This document shows positions 7,831 to 16,202 of a stretch of 64,000 bases of DNA, in pieces. Origin of the DNA: Vicinamibacterales bacterium (GTDB lineage Bacteria; Acidobacteriota; Vicinamibacteria; Vicinamibacterales; SCN-69-37); contig JBBDWL010000047.1 in NCBI GenBank assembly GCA_040902895.1, positions 12,815 through 76,814 on the forward strand, written 5' to 3'. How positions within the stretch are numbered: the stretch's first letter is position 1; each line of letters begins with the position of its first letter. Position numbers and translations under genes: made by a program. The notes under the pieces were generated by a model that worked only from the letters and a program-made list of their open reading frames with translations, was not told the DNA's origin and made no database searches.

Positions 7831-7918
7831 GGCCGCCCATGCTACCCAGGGTCATCTGCTGGAACAACCGTCGATTGACGCTCGGACAAATCCCTTCCAA
7901 ACAGGCTAGGATTCGACC

Positions 7919-8761
7919 GTGCCTCCGCAGCCTTGGTCCGTCCCGGAAGTCGAGGCGACCGTCGCAGCCTACTTTGAGATGCTGCGGCTGGAGCTTGCGG
8001 GCATTCCCTACCAGAAATCCGACTTCAACTCCCGGCTGAGAACGGTCCTTGACAATCGGAGCAAGGCGGCCGTCGAGTACAAGTTCCAGAACATCTCCGC
8101 GGTGCTCATCAATCAGGGGCAGGGATACATTCGTGGCTACCTGCCGGCACAGAACTACCAACGTATGCTCGAGACCGCCGTACTCGAGTGGCTCGAGGGC
8201 GCCGATCAACTGGTCGATGTCATCGACACAAGTCCAGTGCTGAATCCACCTGACGCCGCGGCGTCGCCGGCCTTCTCCGCGCTCGTCTCCTCACCGCCAG
8301 AACGTGCCCGCGCGGCGCGTGAGCCCCAGTTCAAAGCCGGACGGATCGACTTTGTGCGGCGTGATGCCGAGAACCGGGCGCTGGGGCAGCGCGGTGAAGA
8401 ATTCGCCTTCGATCTCGAACGGCAGCGGCTGCATGACGAGGCCGGACGTCCGGACCTTGCTCGGCGTGTCCGCTGGGTGGCGCGCGACGAGGGTGACGGC
8501 CTTGGTTATGACATTTCTTCGTTTGCCGCCAGCGGCGAAGCGCGATTGATTGAAGTCAAGACCACTGGTCTCGGGAAGTACTTTCCGTTCGCGCTCACGC
8601 GAAACGAGCTCGATTGCTCGCGCCGCGAACGGGAACGCTATCAGCTGTATCGATTCTTCGACTTCGGACGCTCGACTGGTCTCTACGTTCTTGACGGCGC
8701 GCTTGACGATGTCTGCATCCTGACGCCGACGATGTTTCGCGCGTCAGCAGGCAAGGCCTGA
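7919..8761 (+). CDS. DUF3883 (PD-(D/E)XK-like) domain protein with an N-terminal domain seen in putative restriction enzymes
   Basis: The C-terminal GDGLGYDISSFAASGEARLIEVKTTGLGKYFPFALTRNELDCSRRERERYQLYRFFDF matches the DUF3883 signature (GYDI..IEVK..T.nE..y.LyR). The N-terminal RSKAAVEYKFQNISAVL motif recurs in HNH/Mrr-type proteins as I remember them. Confidence 0.7.
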   Translation: MPPQPWSVPEVEATVAAYFEMLRLELAGIPYQKSDFNSRLRTVLDNRSKAAVEYKFQNISAVLINQGQGYIRGYLPAQNYQRMLETAVLEWLEGADQLVDVIDTSPVLNPPDAAASPAFSALVSSPPERARAAREPQFKAGRIDFVRRDAENRALGQRGEEFAFDLERQRLHDEAGRPDLARRVRWVARDEGDGLGYDISSFAASGEARLIEVKTTGLGKYFPFALTRNELDCSRRERERYQLYRFFDFGRSTGLYVLDGALDDVCILTPTMFRASAGKA

Positions 8762-8864
8762 GCCCTCGTGCTGCCAAGCCGACGGGGGCCGATTCACGAC
8801 CCGCGCCTGAAGCCCTTGTGTACGCTGCCCGCCGGAGCTGAAGCTCAGGCCTACGGTTGGGGCT

Positions 8865-9068
8865 GACAACAGCCACCGTTTCCCGCGTTGCCCCAGCCAC
8901 AGCGCCGAGCGGTATCGTGCGAGCGAACGTCGCCAGCCGCCCTTTCCGATTCACAGCAAGCCCCAGCAGGTAGATGTCCGTCAGCTGCTTCGCGCCTCCC
9001 GCGCCGGAGAGATCGAAGGGCGCATCGCGCAGCGAGATCGCATCGCGCCAGAACTGATAGCATCCGGA
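8865..9068 (-). pseudogene. vapC (PIN) gene fragment, 3' portion only
   Basis: The minus-strand translation QFWRDAISLRDAPFDLSGAGGAKQLTDIYLLGLAVNRKGRLATFARTIPLGAVAGATRETVAVV aligns to the C-terminal ~65 aa of the intact VapC at 21451..21891 (FWRDALSLRDDVFDL...IYLLGLAVNRKGRLATFDRSMPLGAVKGATAETLALI). An in-frame TGA lies directly upstream at 9069-9071. The N-terminal half is absent and the native stop is lost. Confidence 0.75.
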
Positions 9069-9145
9069 TCATCGATCAGTTTCGGATTACTTTCCGCTGG
9101 GAACAGGGGCATGCCTACGAAGTCCGCGTCGAAGACTATCACTAA
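9056..9145 (+). pseudogene. higB (RelE-like toxin) gene fragment, 3' portion only
   Basis: Only the last ~28 codons (SIRIIDQFRITFRWEQGHAYEVRVEDYH) look like a HigB C-terminus (..ysiRin.qwRi.F.w..g.a.dV...DYH). Everything upstream in that frame is antisense to the vapC fragment. Confidence 0.65.
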
Positions 9146-9416
9146 AGATCCGGACTGGCTGGGACCGGCGATTTCACCCGGCGAGATTCTGCTCGAGGAG
9201 TTTCTGAAGCCGCTCGCACTCTCCCAGGTCGAGGCGGCATCACGGCTGGAGATCTCGCTGAACAGGCTCAACGAGATTGTCCTGGGAAAGCGGCGCATCA
9301 CGGCCGACACCGCCCTGAGGCTGTCGCGACTTCTGAAGACCTCCGCCCAGTTCTGGATGCGGCTGCAGGCCGATTGGAACCTGCACGAGGCGATCAAGGC
9401 CCGAAAAGCCTCCTGA
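9111..9416 (+). CDS. higA: HigA-family antitoxin (XRE HTH)
   Basis: SPGEILLEEFLKPLALSQVEAASRLEISLNRLNEIVLGKRRITADTALRLSRLLKTSAQFWMRLQADWNL is the HigA addiction-module antidote signature. Confidence 0.85.
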   Translation: MPTKSASKTITKDPDWLGPAISPGEILLEEFLKPLALSQVEAASRLEISLNRLNEIVLGKRRITADTALRLSRLLKTSAQFWMRLQADWNLHEAIKARKAS

Positions 9417-9715
9417 CCGCTAGCCGGAGACAATCACCAGCGCCTGCCACCCGTAACGTACCAGCCTCGCCGCTTCATACTCTCAGCATGAGGCACACAC
9501 TCCTTTCCACGTTACTCCTCGTCAGCCTGGCGGTCCCTGCGGCGGCCCAGAGCCCGGCCGCCCCGCTCACGATGGTGAAGGCGGACGGGCTGCCGACGGT
9601 CTTTCTCACCGACCTCCAGGGCGCGGAGCATCGCGGGCAGCTGATCCGCGTGGCCCCGGACGAGGTCGTCCTGCTCGGGACCAGCGGCGAGCGTACGTTC
9701 AGGCGCAAGGTTCTG

Positions 9716-10132
9716 ATGCGGTACTTCGACGCCAGTGCCCTCGCAAAGCGGTACCTCATTGAGGCGGGCAGTGCAGAGGTCACGGAGCGTCTCGAACATC
9801 CGGCATCCACCAGCAGGCTGTCGGCAGTCGAAGTGGCTTCGGCAATCGTGCGCCGTTCGCGCGAGGACAAGTACTCGCGGGAAGATCGGGACCGGGCACT
9901 GCAGGCGCTGTCGCGCGATCTGGAAGACATGCTCGTCGTCGAATTGAGTGCGGACGTCGCGGCACTCGCGGCAAGGCTTCTTGTCAGTCACCCCGTTCGA
10001 TCATCGGATGCGATCCATCTCGCAAGTTGTCTGGCACTTGGCGCCGGCCTCGGCGCCGACATCCCATTCGTCGTCTTCGATGCCCGGCTCCGTGCCGCAG
10101 CCACAGCCGAGGACCTCCTGGTGGAACCATGA
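9716..10132 (+). CDS. vapC: PIN-domain toxin VapC with no cognate antitoxin gene; the ORF is open upstream to 9488/9374
   Basis: MRYFDASALAKRYLIE..., the later SSDAIHLASCL, and FVVFDARL supply the PIN acidic residues. The upstream in-frame 76 codons start with a signal peptide (MRHTLLSTLLLVSLAVPAAAQ). The stop overlaps the next gene's ATG (ATGA). Confidence 0.75.
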   Translation: MRYFDASALAKRYLIEAGSAEVTERLEHPASTSRLSAVEVASAIVRRSREDKYSREDRDRALQALSRDLEDMLVVELSADVAALAARLLVSHPVRSSDAIHLASCLALGAGLGADIPFVVFDARLRAAATAEDLLVEP

Positions 10133-11619
10133 AGCGCATCGCCGCCCTGGGCGCTCTTCTCTCTCTTCTCGTCGGCTGCGCGACCACGCCGCCCGGGCCA
10201 CAGTCCGAGCCGGCCGCCGGCCTCGTCACCGCCACGATCCTGCAACTCAATGACGTCTACGAGATCATGCCGCTTGGCGGCAGTGGACTGGGCGGGCTGG
10301 CGCGCGTGGCGACGCTGAAGAAGCAGCTGCTGCGGGAAGACCCGAACACGTTCATGGTGCTCGCGGGCGATGTGTTGAGTCCGTCCGCGATGAGCAGTGC
10401 GCGCGCGGGCGATGGCGGCGCGGCCCTCAATGGGCAGCACATGGTCGACATCATGAACCGCATCGGACTCGACTACGCGACGTTCGGGAATCATGAGTTC
10501 GATCTGCGCAAGGCCGACTTCGACAAGCGGATGGCGGAGTCGAAGTTCACGTGGTTCTCGTCCAACGTGCTGGGCGAAGATGGCAAGCCGTTTCCGAATG
10601 TGCCGGCGAATGTCGTGGTTGCGGCGAAGGGCGGCGGCCGCGAGCTGCGCATCGGGATGTTCGGGCTCACGATCGACAGCAACGCCGCGGCGTATGTGCG
10701 GTATCGCGATCCGTTCGAGACTGCGCGCGCGCAGATGGCTGACCTGAAAGGGAAGTCCGACGTCATCGTCGCGCTCACGCATCTGGCCATCGATCAGGAT
10801 GTCGCACTGGCAGAAACAGTGCCCGGTCTCGCGATGATCCTCGGCGGTCACGAGCACCAGAACATAAACGTGCAGCGCGGCAATGAGTTCGTGCCGGTCC
10901 TGAAGGCCGATTCGAACGCGAAGTCGGTCTATGTGCACCTCCTGCGCTACGACACGCAGACGAGCCGGCTGAGTATCGACTCGAAACTGATCGAAGTCGA
11001 TGACTCCATACCGGAAGATCCCGAAGTCGCCGCCGCCGCGCGCGCGTGGGTCGACAAGGCGTTCGCGGCATTCAGGAAAGACGGTATCGATCCGGACAAG
11101 ACCGTCACGACGCTCACCGAAATGCTCGAGGGACGCGAGGCCGCCGTGCGCAACGGCAGCACGAACCTCACTCGGGTGCTGAACGCCGCGATGATCGACG
11201 CGTTCGCCGGCGCTGATGCCTCGATCTACAACAGCGGCTCCATCCGCATCGACGATACGCTCGGCCCAGGGCCGATCACGCAGTACGACGTGCTGCGCGT
11301 GCTGCCGTATCGCGGCGATCTGTTGCTGACCAGCATGAAAGGGTCCCTGCTCGCGAAGATTCTGGCAGCCGGCTCCGAGGACTCGCGCCGCGGACAGGGC
11401 GGCGGGCTGCAGTCCGCCGGCGTGGATCCAAAGACCATCGACCCCAACCGCGACTACCGCGTCGTCATCAACGACTACTTATTGAATGGAAACGAACGCG
11501 GGCTCGAATGGATCAAGCCCGAGACGTCGGGCATCAAGGTGCTGCCCGACGCACCGAAGGAGTTCCGGCAGGCGGTAATCGAGCGGCTGTCGAGCGCGCG
11601 GGCGAAGCTGGCGGCCTGA
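10129..11619 (+). CDS. Bifunctional metallophosphatase / 5'-nucleotidase family lipoprotein
   Basis: It has a lipobox (LLVGC) and metallophosphoesterase motifs NDVYEI, GDVLSPS, GNHEFD, GGHEHQ. A 5'-nucleotidase-type C-terminal domain follows. Confidence 0.85.
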   Translation: MKRIAALGALLSLLVGCATTPPGPQSEPAAGLVTATILQLNDVYEIMPLGGSGLGGLARVATLKKQLLREDPNTFMVLAGDVLSPSAMSSARAGDGGAALNGQHMVDIMNRIGLDYATFGNHEFDLRKADFDKRMAESKFTWFSSNVLGEDGKPFPNVPANVVVAAKGGGRELRIGMFGLTIDSNAAAYVRYRDPFETARAQMADLKGKSDVIVALTHLAIDQDVALAETVPGLAMILGGHEHQNINVQRGNEFVPVLKADSNAKSVYVHLLRYDTQTSRLSIDSKLIEVDDSIPEDPEVAAAARAWVDKAFAAFRKDGIDPDKTVTTLTEMLEGREAAVRNGSTNLTRVLNAAMIDAFAGADASIYNSGSIRIDDTLGPGPITQYDVLRVLPYRGDLLLTSMKGSLLAKILAAGSEDSRRGQGGGLQSAGVDPKTIDPNRDYRVVINDYLLNGNERGLEWIKPETSGIKVLPDAPKEFRQAVIERLSSARAKLAA

Positions 11620-11639
11620 CGATGTGGGAGTTTCTGCTT

Positions 11640-12056
11640 TCAGAAAGGGTTCTCGATCAGGAGCCCCGCGATCGACTGGTCCGCATTCAGATCTTCCGAC
11701 AAGACCCGGGCGGCGCCGGCCCTCGCGGCAACAGCGAGGATCAGGGCATCCCAGAAACTGATCTTCGCGGTGTCCTCTATCTCATACGCCGCAGTGAGGT
11801 CGGCCGGCGTTGGGCCTTCGACGCACCAGGGCGCATAGGTGCTGACGATGCCGCGGGCGGTCGGCTTTGACAACGGCGCCGATATCTTCCGCGTGGCGTT
11901 CACGTAGAACTCCTGCAACACCTGCATGCTCAGCACGCCCGATCGTTCTTCCCACAGTTCGCGCAGACGAGCCGCCGCCACGTCATGCTTCGCACCGGCG
12001 TCGACGTCGTGCGCGTAGATCAGCACGTTCGTATCGACGAAGGTCCTATCGTTCAT
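11640..12056 (-). CDS. vapC: PIN-domain toxin VapC
   Basis: FVDTNVLIYA ... QVLQEFY ... FWDALILAVA ... LSEDL carries the PIN acidic quartet. It overlaps the upstream antitoxin gene by 11 nt. Confidence 0.85.
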   Translation of the reverse strand: MNDRTFVDTNVLIYAHDVDAGAKHDVAAARLRELWEERSGVLSMQVLQEFYVNATRKISAPLSKPTARGIVSTYAPWCVEGPTPADLTAAYEIEDTAKISFWDALILAVAARAGAARVLSEDLNADQSIAGLLIENPF

Positions 12057-12300
12057 GCCACTCGTCGCGCGTCGACGTCACCTTGCCGCCGAGGTGAAAG
12101 CCCTCGTCCAGCAGCGCCATCGCGCGCCGGCGCGCCTGTTCGTAGGCATCGTCGGCGCCGACGAGCGCTTCAATCTGAAGCTCGAGAAGACCGCTGACCG
12201 ACGTGTTGCGCCTGGCGGCAAGCACCTTGGCCTTCCGCAACGTATCGCGGCGCAGTTTTACCGTGATGTTTTGGCGATCGGCCTGGCCGGGAGGAGGCAT
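12046..12300 (-). CDS. vapB: VapB-type antitoxin (probable ribbon-helix-helix)
   Basis: An 84-aa ORF directly upstream of, and overlapping, vapC. NITVKLRRDTLRKAKVLAARRNTSVSGLLE is RHH-like. Confidence 0.7.
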   Translation of the reverse strand: MPPPGQADRQNITVKLRRDTLRKAKVLAARRNTSVSGLLELQIEALVGADDAYEQARRRAMALLDEGFHLGGKVTSTRDEWHER

Positions 12301-12312
12301 GGACCAATCCTA

Positions 12313-12347
12313 GCACGTTACATACGTGCAGCACGTATTGTGCGTGC
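12313..12347. promoter_or_regulatory. Two tandem palindromes upstream of vapB, candidate autoregulatory operators
   Basis: GCACGT-tacat-ACGTGC lies at 12313-12329. GCACGT-attgt-GCGTGC lies at 12331-12347. They sit 13-47 bp upstream of the vapB start codon. Confidence 0.45.
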
Positions 12348-12395
12348 TGACATATGTCGACGGCGCGCTGTGCGCGCCCGGACTAAAGTCCCGGC

Positions 12396-13079
12396 CTACA
12401 AGCCGTCCGGCGTCACGCCCAGCACGATGTCGAACGTCGCCGCGAGCTCGCCGGCGCGCGAACCTGGCATCGGCGCGAACTCCACAATCACCGACTCGCG
12501 CGCGCGCACATCCCGAATCCCGCGCAGGATCCCGTCGCGATCGTTCTGCGGCTCTCCCTTGATATAGCACTGGGTCGTCAACACATCGCGATCGCCGCGC
12601 TTGACTTTCACGTGAATGTGCGGCGTGCGGCCGGGATAGGGCACCGGCTTGATCGTGCGGAACCGGTACTCGCCCGTCGAAGCGGTCTCGAAACGGCCGA
12701 AGCCCTGGAAGTTGGCGTCGCGCCGGCCGCCGACGATGCCGCCCGAATGCAGATAGCTGCCGTGATTGTCGACCTGCCAGATCTCAACGGTCACGCCGCG
12801 CATGGGCGAGCCGCCGCGATCGAGGACGCGGCCCGAAAGATGCGTGATCGCGCCGACCGCAGGCGTGAGGCCACTGCCGAGGATGATCAGATCGTTGTCG
12901 GTATCGAGCGGAAGCCGGTCGGGATAGAACGGACCTTCCGTCTGGCGCGGGGTCTCGACCAGCGCCTGAGCGAAAAGCCCCGGAATGTCGTAGAAGGCCG
13001 CCGCGCCGAGGCCGATCGTGCCGGCGCCAATGGTGCCTATGAAGGTACGCCGGGTGAATGAAGCGGGCGGCTCAGTCAT
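12396..13079 (-). CDS. Intradiol ring-cleavage dioxygenase family protein with a Tat signal
   Basis: A twin-arginine leader (FTRRTFIG) is present. TEGPFYP, VEIWQVDNHG, YRFRTIKPVPYPGRTPHIHVKV are typical of protocatechuate/catechol intradiol dioxygenases. The listed ORF start at 13220 is trimmed to the ATG at 13079. Confidence 0.8.
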   Translation of the reverse strand: MTEPPASFTRRTFIGTIGAGTIGLGAAAFYDIPGLFAQALVETPRQTEGPFYPDRLPLDTDNDLIILGSGLTPAVGAITHLSGRVLDRGGSPMRGVTVEIWQVDNHGSYLHSGGIVGGRRDANFQGFGRFETASTGEYRFRTIKPVPYPGRTPHIHVKVKRGDRDVLTTQCYIKGEPQNDRDGILRGIRDVRARESVIVEFAPMPGSRAGELAATFDIVLGVTPDGL

Positions 13080-13102
13080 AACCGGCTTAGACTGCCCGCC
13101 GG

Positions 13103-13276
13103 CTACAGTGGTTGAGCCTGACCAGCCTGCTGCGCGGCTTTCGCCTCGAGCTCTTTTTGCCCCTTGAGAATGCTGCACCAGTCTTTGTGCTCGGCGACCG
13201 GCATGCCGCACTCGACACACACGCGAACGCGGACCTTAGGCTCAGCTTTGCCCAGAAGCTTCTTGAGGAAAGTCAT
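13103..13276 (-). CDS. Small hypothetical protein (57 aa) with a CxxC...C motif
   Basis: MTFLKKLLGK...CVECGMPVAEHKDWC. Support is ORF and context only. Confidence 0.35.
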   Translation of the reverse strand: MTFLKKLLGKAEPKVRVRVCVECGMPVAEHKDWCSILKGQKELEAKAAQQAGQAQPL

Positions 13277-13327
13277 GGGGAGTAAGACGGATGGAACCGG
13301 CAATCCGTTCGCACGCCCAGGCCCGAA

Positions 13328-13825
13328 TTATCGCTTTTTCTGAGGCTTTTTCTTCGCGATCCCGACTTTTCGTCTGGATTTCAGGGCTGATTTGGCCGCG
13401 GGCCGCTTCGCACTGAGTTGTTCCGAGGCGTCGTAAGCCTCCCGCAGCCACTCCGTCAGCGGCGGCTCCACCTGGTCGCGGTGGATGATCCGTATGACGT
13501 GCGCGACCTTGCTCCGCGACGGCCGCATCGACTGCCGCACCTGCGGCGATTTCAGTTCGCGCCCCAGGAAGAACACGACCTCCAGATCCTTCGTTCGCGG
13601 CCGGACGAAGAAGTAGCAGGCCTTCCGCGAAAACATGATCGAGTGATGCGAGGCGTAGATCCGCTGCTCGCCGAATTCGGTCGCAGTCTCGCGCAGGCGC
13701 TCCCACGCCTCGCGCAGATGCTCCTGCAACTCCGACGTCAGCGCCTCTTCCGTCGTCGTCCAGCAATCATGCGCGGCGCGGTCTTCGACCCACTGTTTGC
13801 AGTGGTGGCATTGGCGAGAGGCCAT
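13328..13825 (-). CDS. DUF5655-like protein with an N-terminal Cys/His motif
   Basis: Only the C-terminal 166 codons of the 475-aa listed ORF look protein-like (CHHCKQW...HDC; YASHHSIMFSRKACYFFVRPRTKDLEVVFFLGREL). The start is uncertain and overlaps the TetR 3' end. Confidence 0.5.
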   Translation of the reverse strand: MASRQCHHCKQWVEDRAAHDCWTTTEEALTSELQEHLREAWERLRETATEFGEQRIYASHHSIMFSRKACYFFVRPRTKDLEVVFFLGRELKSPQVRQSMRPSRSKVAHVIRIIHRDQVEPPLTEWLREAYDASEQLSAKRPAAKSALKSRRKVGIAKKKPQKKR

Positions 13826-14445
13826 GGAGTCATTATCAGCCGGTTGATTGCGTCCACCAGCCAGGCTTCGTACTTCCGTGCACTCCAGCCGGAGTCCTTC
13901 AATTCGGCAAACAGCGTATAGCTCGTGATCGCCGACAGGCTCTCGCCGGCATCGGCGGTACTGAGTCCCTTGCGCAGGGCGCCCGCCTTCGCCCACGCCG
14001 CTACCGTCTTCTTCATCCCCTGGCGATGACGTTCCATGCCCCTCCGCGCGAGGATCCGTAATCCCGGATCGCTGTCGCCGGCCACCCTCGCGGCCACGAT
14101 CACGTCCGCTCCCTTCGTAAAGAGCTGCGTCAGGAACCTGGCGAGCGCGTCGCGCTGGCTGGCGACCGACCCGCCCTCGAGGGCCGCGATAACCGCGCTG
14201 AGATCGGCCTCGTGCTCCATCGCGTCGAGCACGGATTCGAGAATCGCGCCTTTCGTGCCGAAGGCCGCGTACACCGTCGGCACCGCCACGCCTGCCTCGC
14301 GAGCAATGCGGTCGATTGGTGTGCCCGTGTAGCCGCGCGAGGCGAAGAGGCGCCGGGCCGCCGCGGTGATCGCCGCACGGGTGCCCTCCGCCGCGGCCGT
14401 TCTGACCCGGGAGTGATACTGCCGCTTGACACGCCGCTTCGACAT
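13738..14445 (-). CDS. TetR/AcrR-family transcriptional regulator
   Basis: The N-terminal HTH is AAARRLFASRGYTGTPIDRIAREAGVAVPTVYAAFGTKGAIL. Confidence 0.85.
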   Translation of the reverse strand: MSKRRVKRQYHSRVRTAAAEGTRAAITAAARRLFASRGYTGTPIDRIAREAGVAVPTVYAAFGTKGAILESVLDAMEHEADLSAVIAALEGGSVASQRDALARFLTQLFTKGADVIVAARVAGDSDPGLRILARRGMERHRQGMKKTVAAWAKAGALRKGLSTADAGESLSAITSYTLFAELKDSGWSARKYEAWLVDAINRLIMTPWPLANATTANSGSKTAPRMIAGRRRKRR

Positions 14446-14450
14446 GGCTG

Positions 14451-15059
14451 GTGTGGCGTTTATGGTTCGCGGCGGCGGCCGTGTTGATGCTCGCGGGAGG
14501 TCCGCGGCACCCCGGAGGATCGATGCTCGAGATGCTGATGCATCCCGACTGGTTCATGGCGCATGCGCTGGTCACGCTGGGATACGCGGCGATGGTGGCA
14601 GGACTCGTCGCCTTCTCGCGGACCTCGGCGAACACGCCGGCGATGAAGCGCTGGACGCGGCGTGCGATTGTGGGCACCGTGCTGATGACCGTGGAAATGG
14701 CCGTGCATACGGCGGCCATGGTCGACGCAGCGCATCTTGCGGCGGGGCACGCCACGCCGGTGCTGACGACGCATCTGGCGATGGCGGTACTGTTCTACCC
14801 GCTGTTCGGCATCACGAGTGCGGCCTTCTTCATCAAAGGCATGCGCGAGCGCGCGATCGGTTCGCCGTGGATCGTCTGGATCGGCGTGATCGGAACGCTC
14901 GCCAACGGCATTGCACCTGTCCTGGTTGGCGGGTTCGGCTGGATGCAGGCGCGCATCCTGTTTCCATTCATGATCGGCATCGCGATCTGGCTGCTGCTGG
15001 CGGCGATGTGGCCCGCCTCCGCGCGGGCAACCGCGGCCAGGCCGCAACCGGCAGTCTGA
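14451..15059 (+). CDS. Integral membrane protein (hypothetical), divergent from the TetR gene
   Basis: It has five to six hydrophobic segments. The start is uncertain. Confidence 0.55.
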   Translation: MWRLWFAAAAVLMLAGGPRHPGGSMLEMLMHPDWFMAHALVTLGYAAMVAGLVAFSRTSANTPAMKRWTRRAIVGTVLMTVEMAVHTAAMVDAAHLAAGHATPVLTTHLAMAVLFYPLFGITSAAFFIKGMRERAIGSPWIVWIGVIGTLANGIAPVLVGGFGWMQARILFPFMIGIAIWLLLAAMWPASARATAARPQPAV

Positions 15060-15063
15060 AGCG

Positions 15064-16173
15064 CTACCGAAGCTTCGTCAGCGCCTGTACCGCGAGCGGA
15101 TCCGGCGACTGGTCGGATCCGTTCGTCAGCACCACGATGCCGGCTTTGCGGTCGTGGGTGAAGCCGATGAAGCTGCGATAGCCGCCCGTGCCGCCGTTGT
15201 GCCACGTGAAGGCCGGGCCGTTCGGTGGCGTCGACGTCAGCCAGGCGAAGCCGATCTTCGCGGCGCCGAGCTGACCGCGCGGTTCAATCGCGAGGCGAAT
15301 GGCTTTCCCGGCGCGCGAATCAGGCGGCCGCATCAGCGCCTGCAACAGCCTCGTCATATCGGCAATCGTTGACCGCAGCGCGCCGGCGCCGGCAAGCGCA
15401 TCCAGATCCCAGTTGTTCACAGCGGCGCCGTTCGCATGGCCGGGCGCCAGCCGCGTGCGCTGATCGTCCGACAGCGCGATCGACGTGTCCTTCATGCCAA
15501 GCGGCTCGAGCACGCGCGCTTTGAGCAGCGCCTCGTATGGCGTCCCCGCCTTCAGAGAAAGGATGTAGCCGAGCAGACCGTATCCAAGGTTCGAGTATTC
15601 CGGCGTGATCGTCGTGCGGCCTGGCGGCGGCGTGTAGCCAAACAGAAACGCCTGCAGCTCTTTCGCGCCGTAGTGCGCGTAGGGATTGGTCGCGTCCTTC
15701 ATGCCGAACATCAGATTGCCCGGCAGCCGCGGAAGTCCGGATGCATGCGTTGCCAGCTGCACCAGCGTGATCTTCCGCACCGCCTCCGGAAAGTTCGCCG
15801 CGTCCGGCAGAAATTTGTCGAGCGTGTCGTGCAGCGAGACCTCGCCGGCCAGCGCCATGTCGGCCAGCAGGATGCCGGTGAGGCCTTTCGTGATCGAGCC
15901 GATTTCGTAGACCGTGTTCCTGTCAGGCGCAGCGTCGCCCGAGGGTGACAGCTTCCCAAACGACTTCATCTCGATCGTCTTGCCAACGATGAATCCCACG
16001 ACCGCGGATGGACGTGCAGGCGAGCCAGTCGCCGGCCCGAAGATCGCGGCCACGACTTCTGCCGGACGCCCCTGCGCCTCCGGAAATCGCGTGTGCGGTT
16101 GCGGCAGATGCGCAGGCGGCGGCGTGGCCTGCAGTGTGAAGAGGAGGACGCTGGCCAACAGGAGTCTGTTCAT
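15064..16173 (-). CDS. Serine hydrolase, beta-lactamase (class C)/PBP family, secreted
   Basis: It has a signal peptide, the S-x-x-K motif (GSITKGLT) and the Y-x-N motif (EYSNLGY). Confidence 0.85.
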   Translation of the reverse strand: MNRLLLASVLLFTLQATPPPAHLPQPHTRFPEAQGRPAEVVAAIFGPATGSPARPSAVVGFIVGKTIEMKSFGKLSPSGDAAPDRNTVYEIGSITKGLTGILLADMALAGEVSLHDTLDKFLPDAANFPEAVRKITLVQLATHASGLPRLPGNLMFGMKDATNPYAHYGAKELQAFLFGYTPPPGRTTITPEYSNLGYGLLGYILSLKAGTPYEALLKARVLEPLGMKDTSIALSDDQRTRLAPGHANGAAVNNWDLDALAGAGALRSTIADMTRLLQALMRPPDSRAGKAIRLAIEPRGQLGAAKIGFAWLTSTPPNGPAFTWHNGGTGGYRSFIGFTHDRKAGIVVLTNGSDQSPDPLAVQALTKLR

Positions 16174-16202
16174 GGGCCCTCGGGCGTGATTGTATATGCG
16201 GC

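Noticed and set aside
9374-9487. A further upstream extension of the vapC-containing ORF (TTG start at 9374), overlapping the higA 3' end.
   Set aside because: The extension is a Pro/Ser/Arg-rich translation of the higA 3' end in another frame. The first plausible start is the ATG at 9488 or, for the PIN domain itself, at 9716.
12382-12399. The 15-mer AAGTCCCGGCCTACA is shared between 12385-12399 and 22273-22287. Both copies span the stop codon of a minus-strand gene just upstream of a vapB promoter region.
   Set aside because: In 64 kb of GC-biased sequence on both strands, one or more exact 15-mer coincidences are expected by chance. The flanks do not align, so I do not treat it as a repeat family.
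13328-14755. A 475-aa ORF spanning the TetR gene region.
   Set aside because: Only the last 166 codons look like a real protein (DUF5655-like). The upstream part is an out-of-frame read-through of the TetR gene and intergenic DNA.
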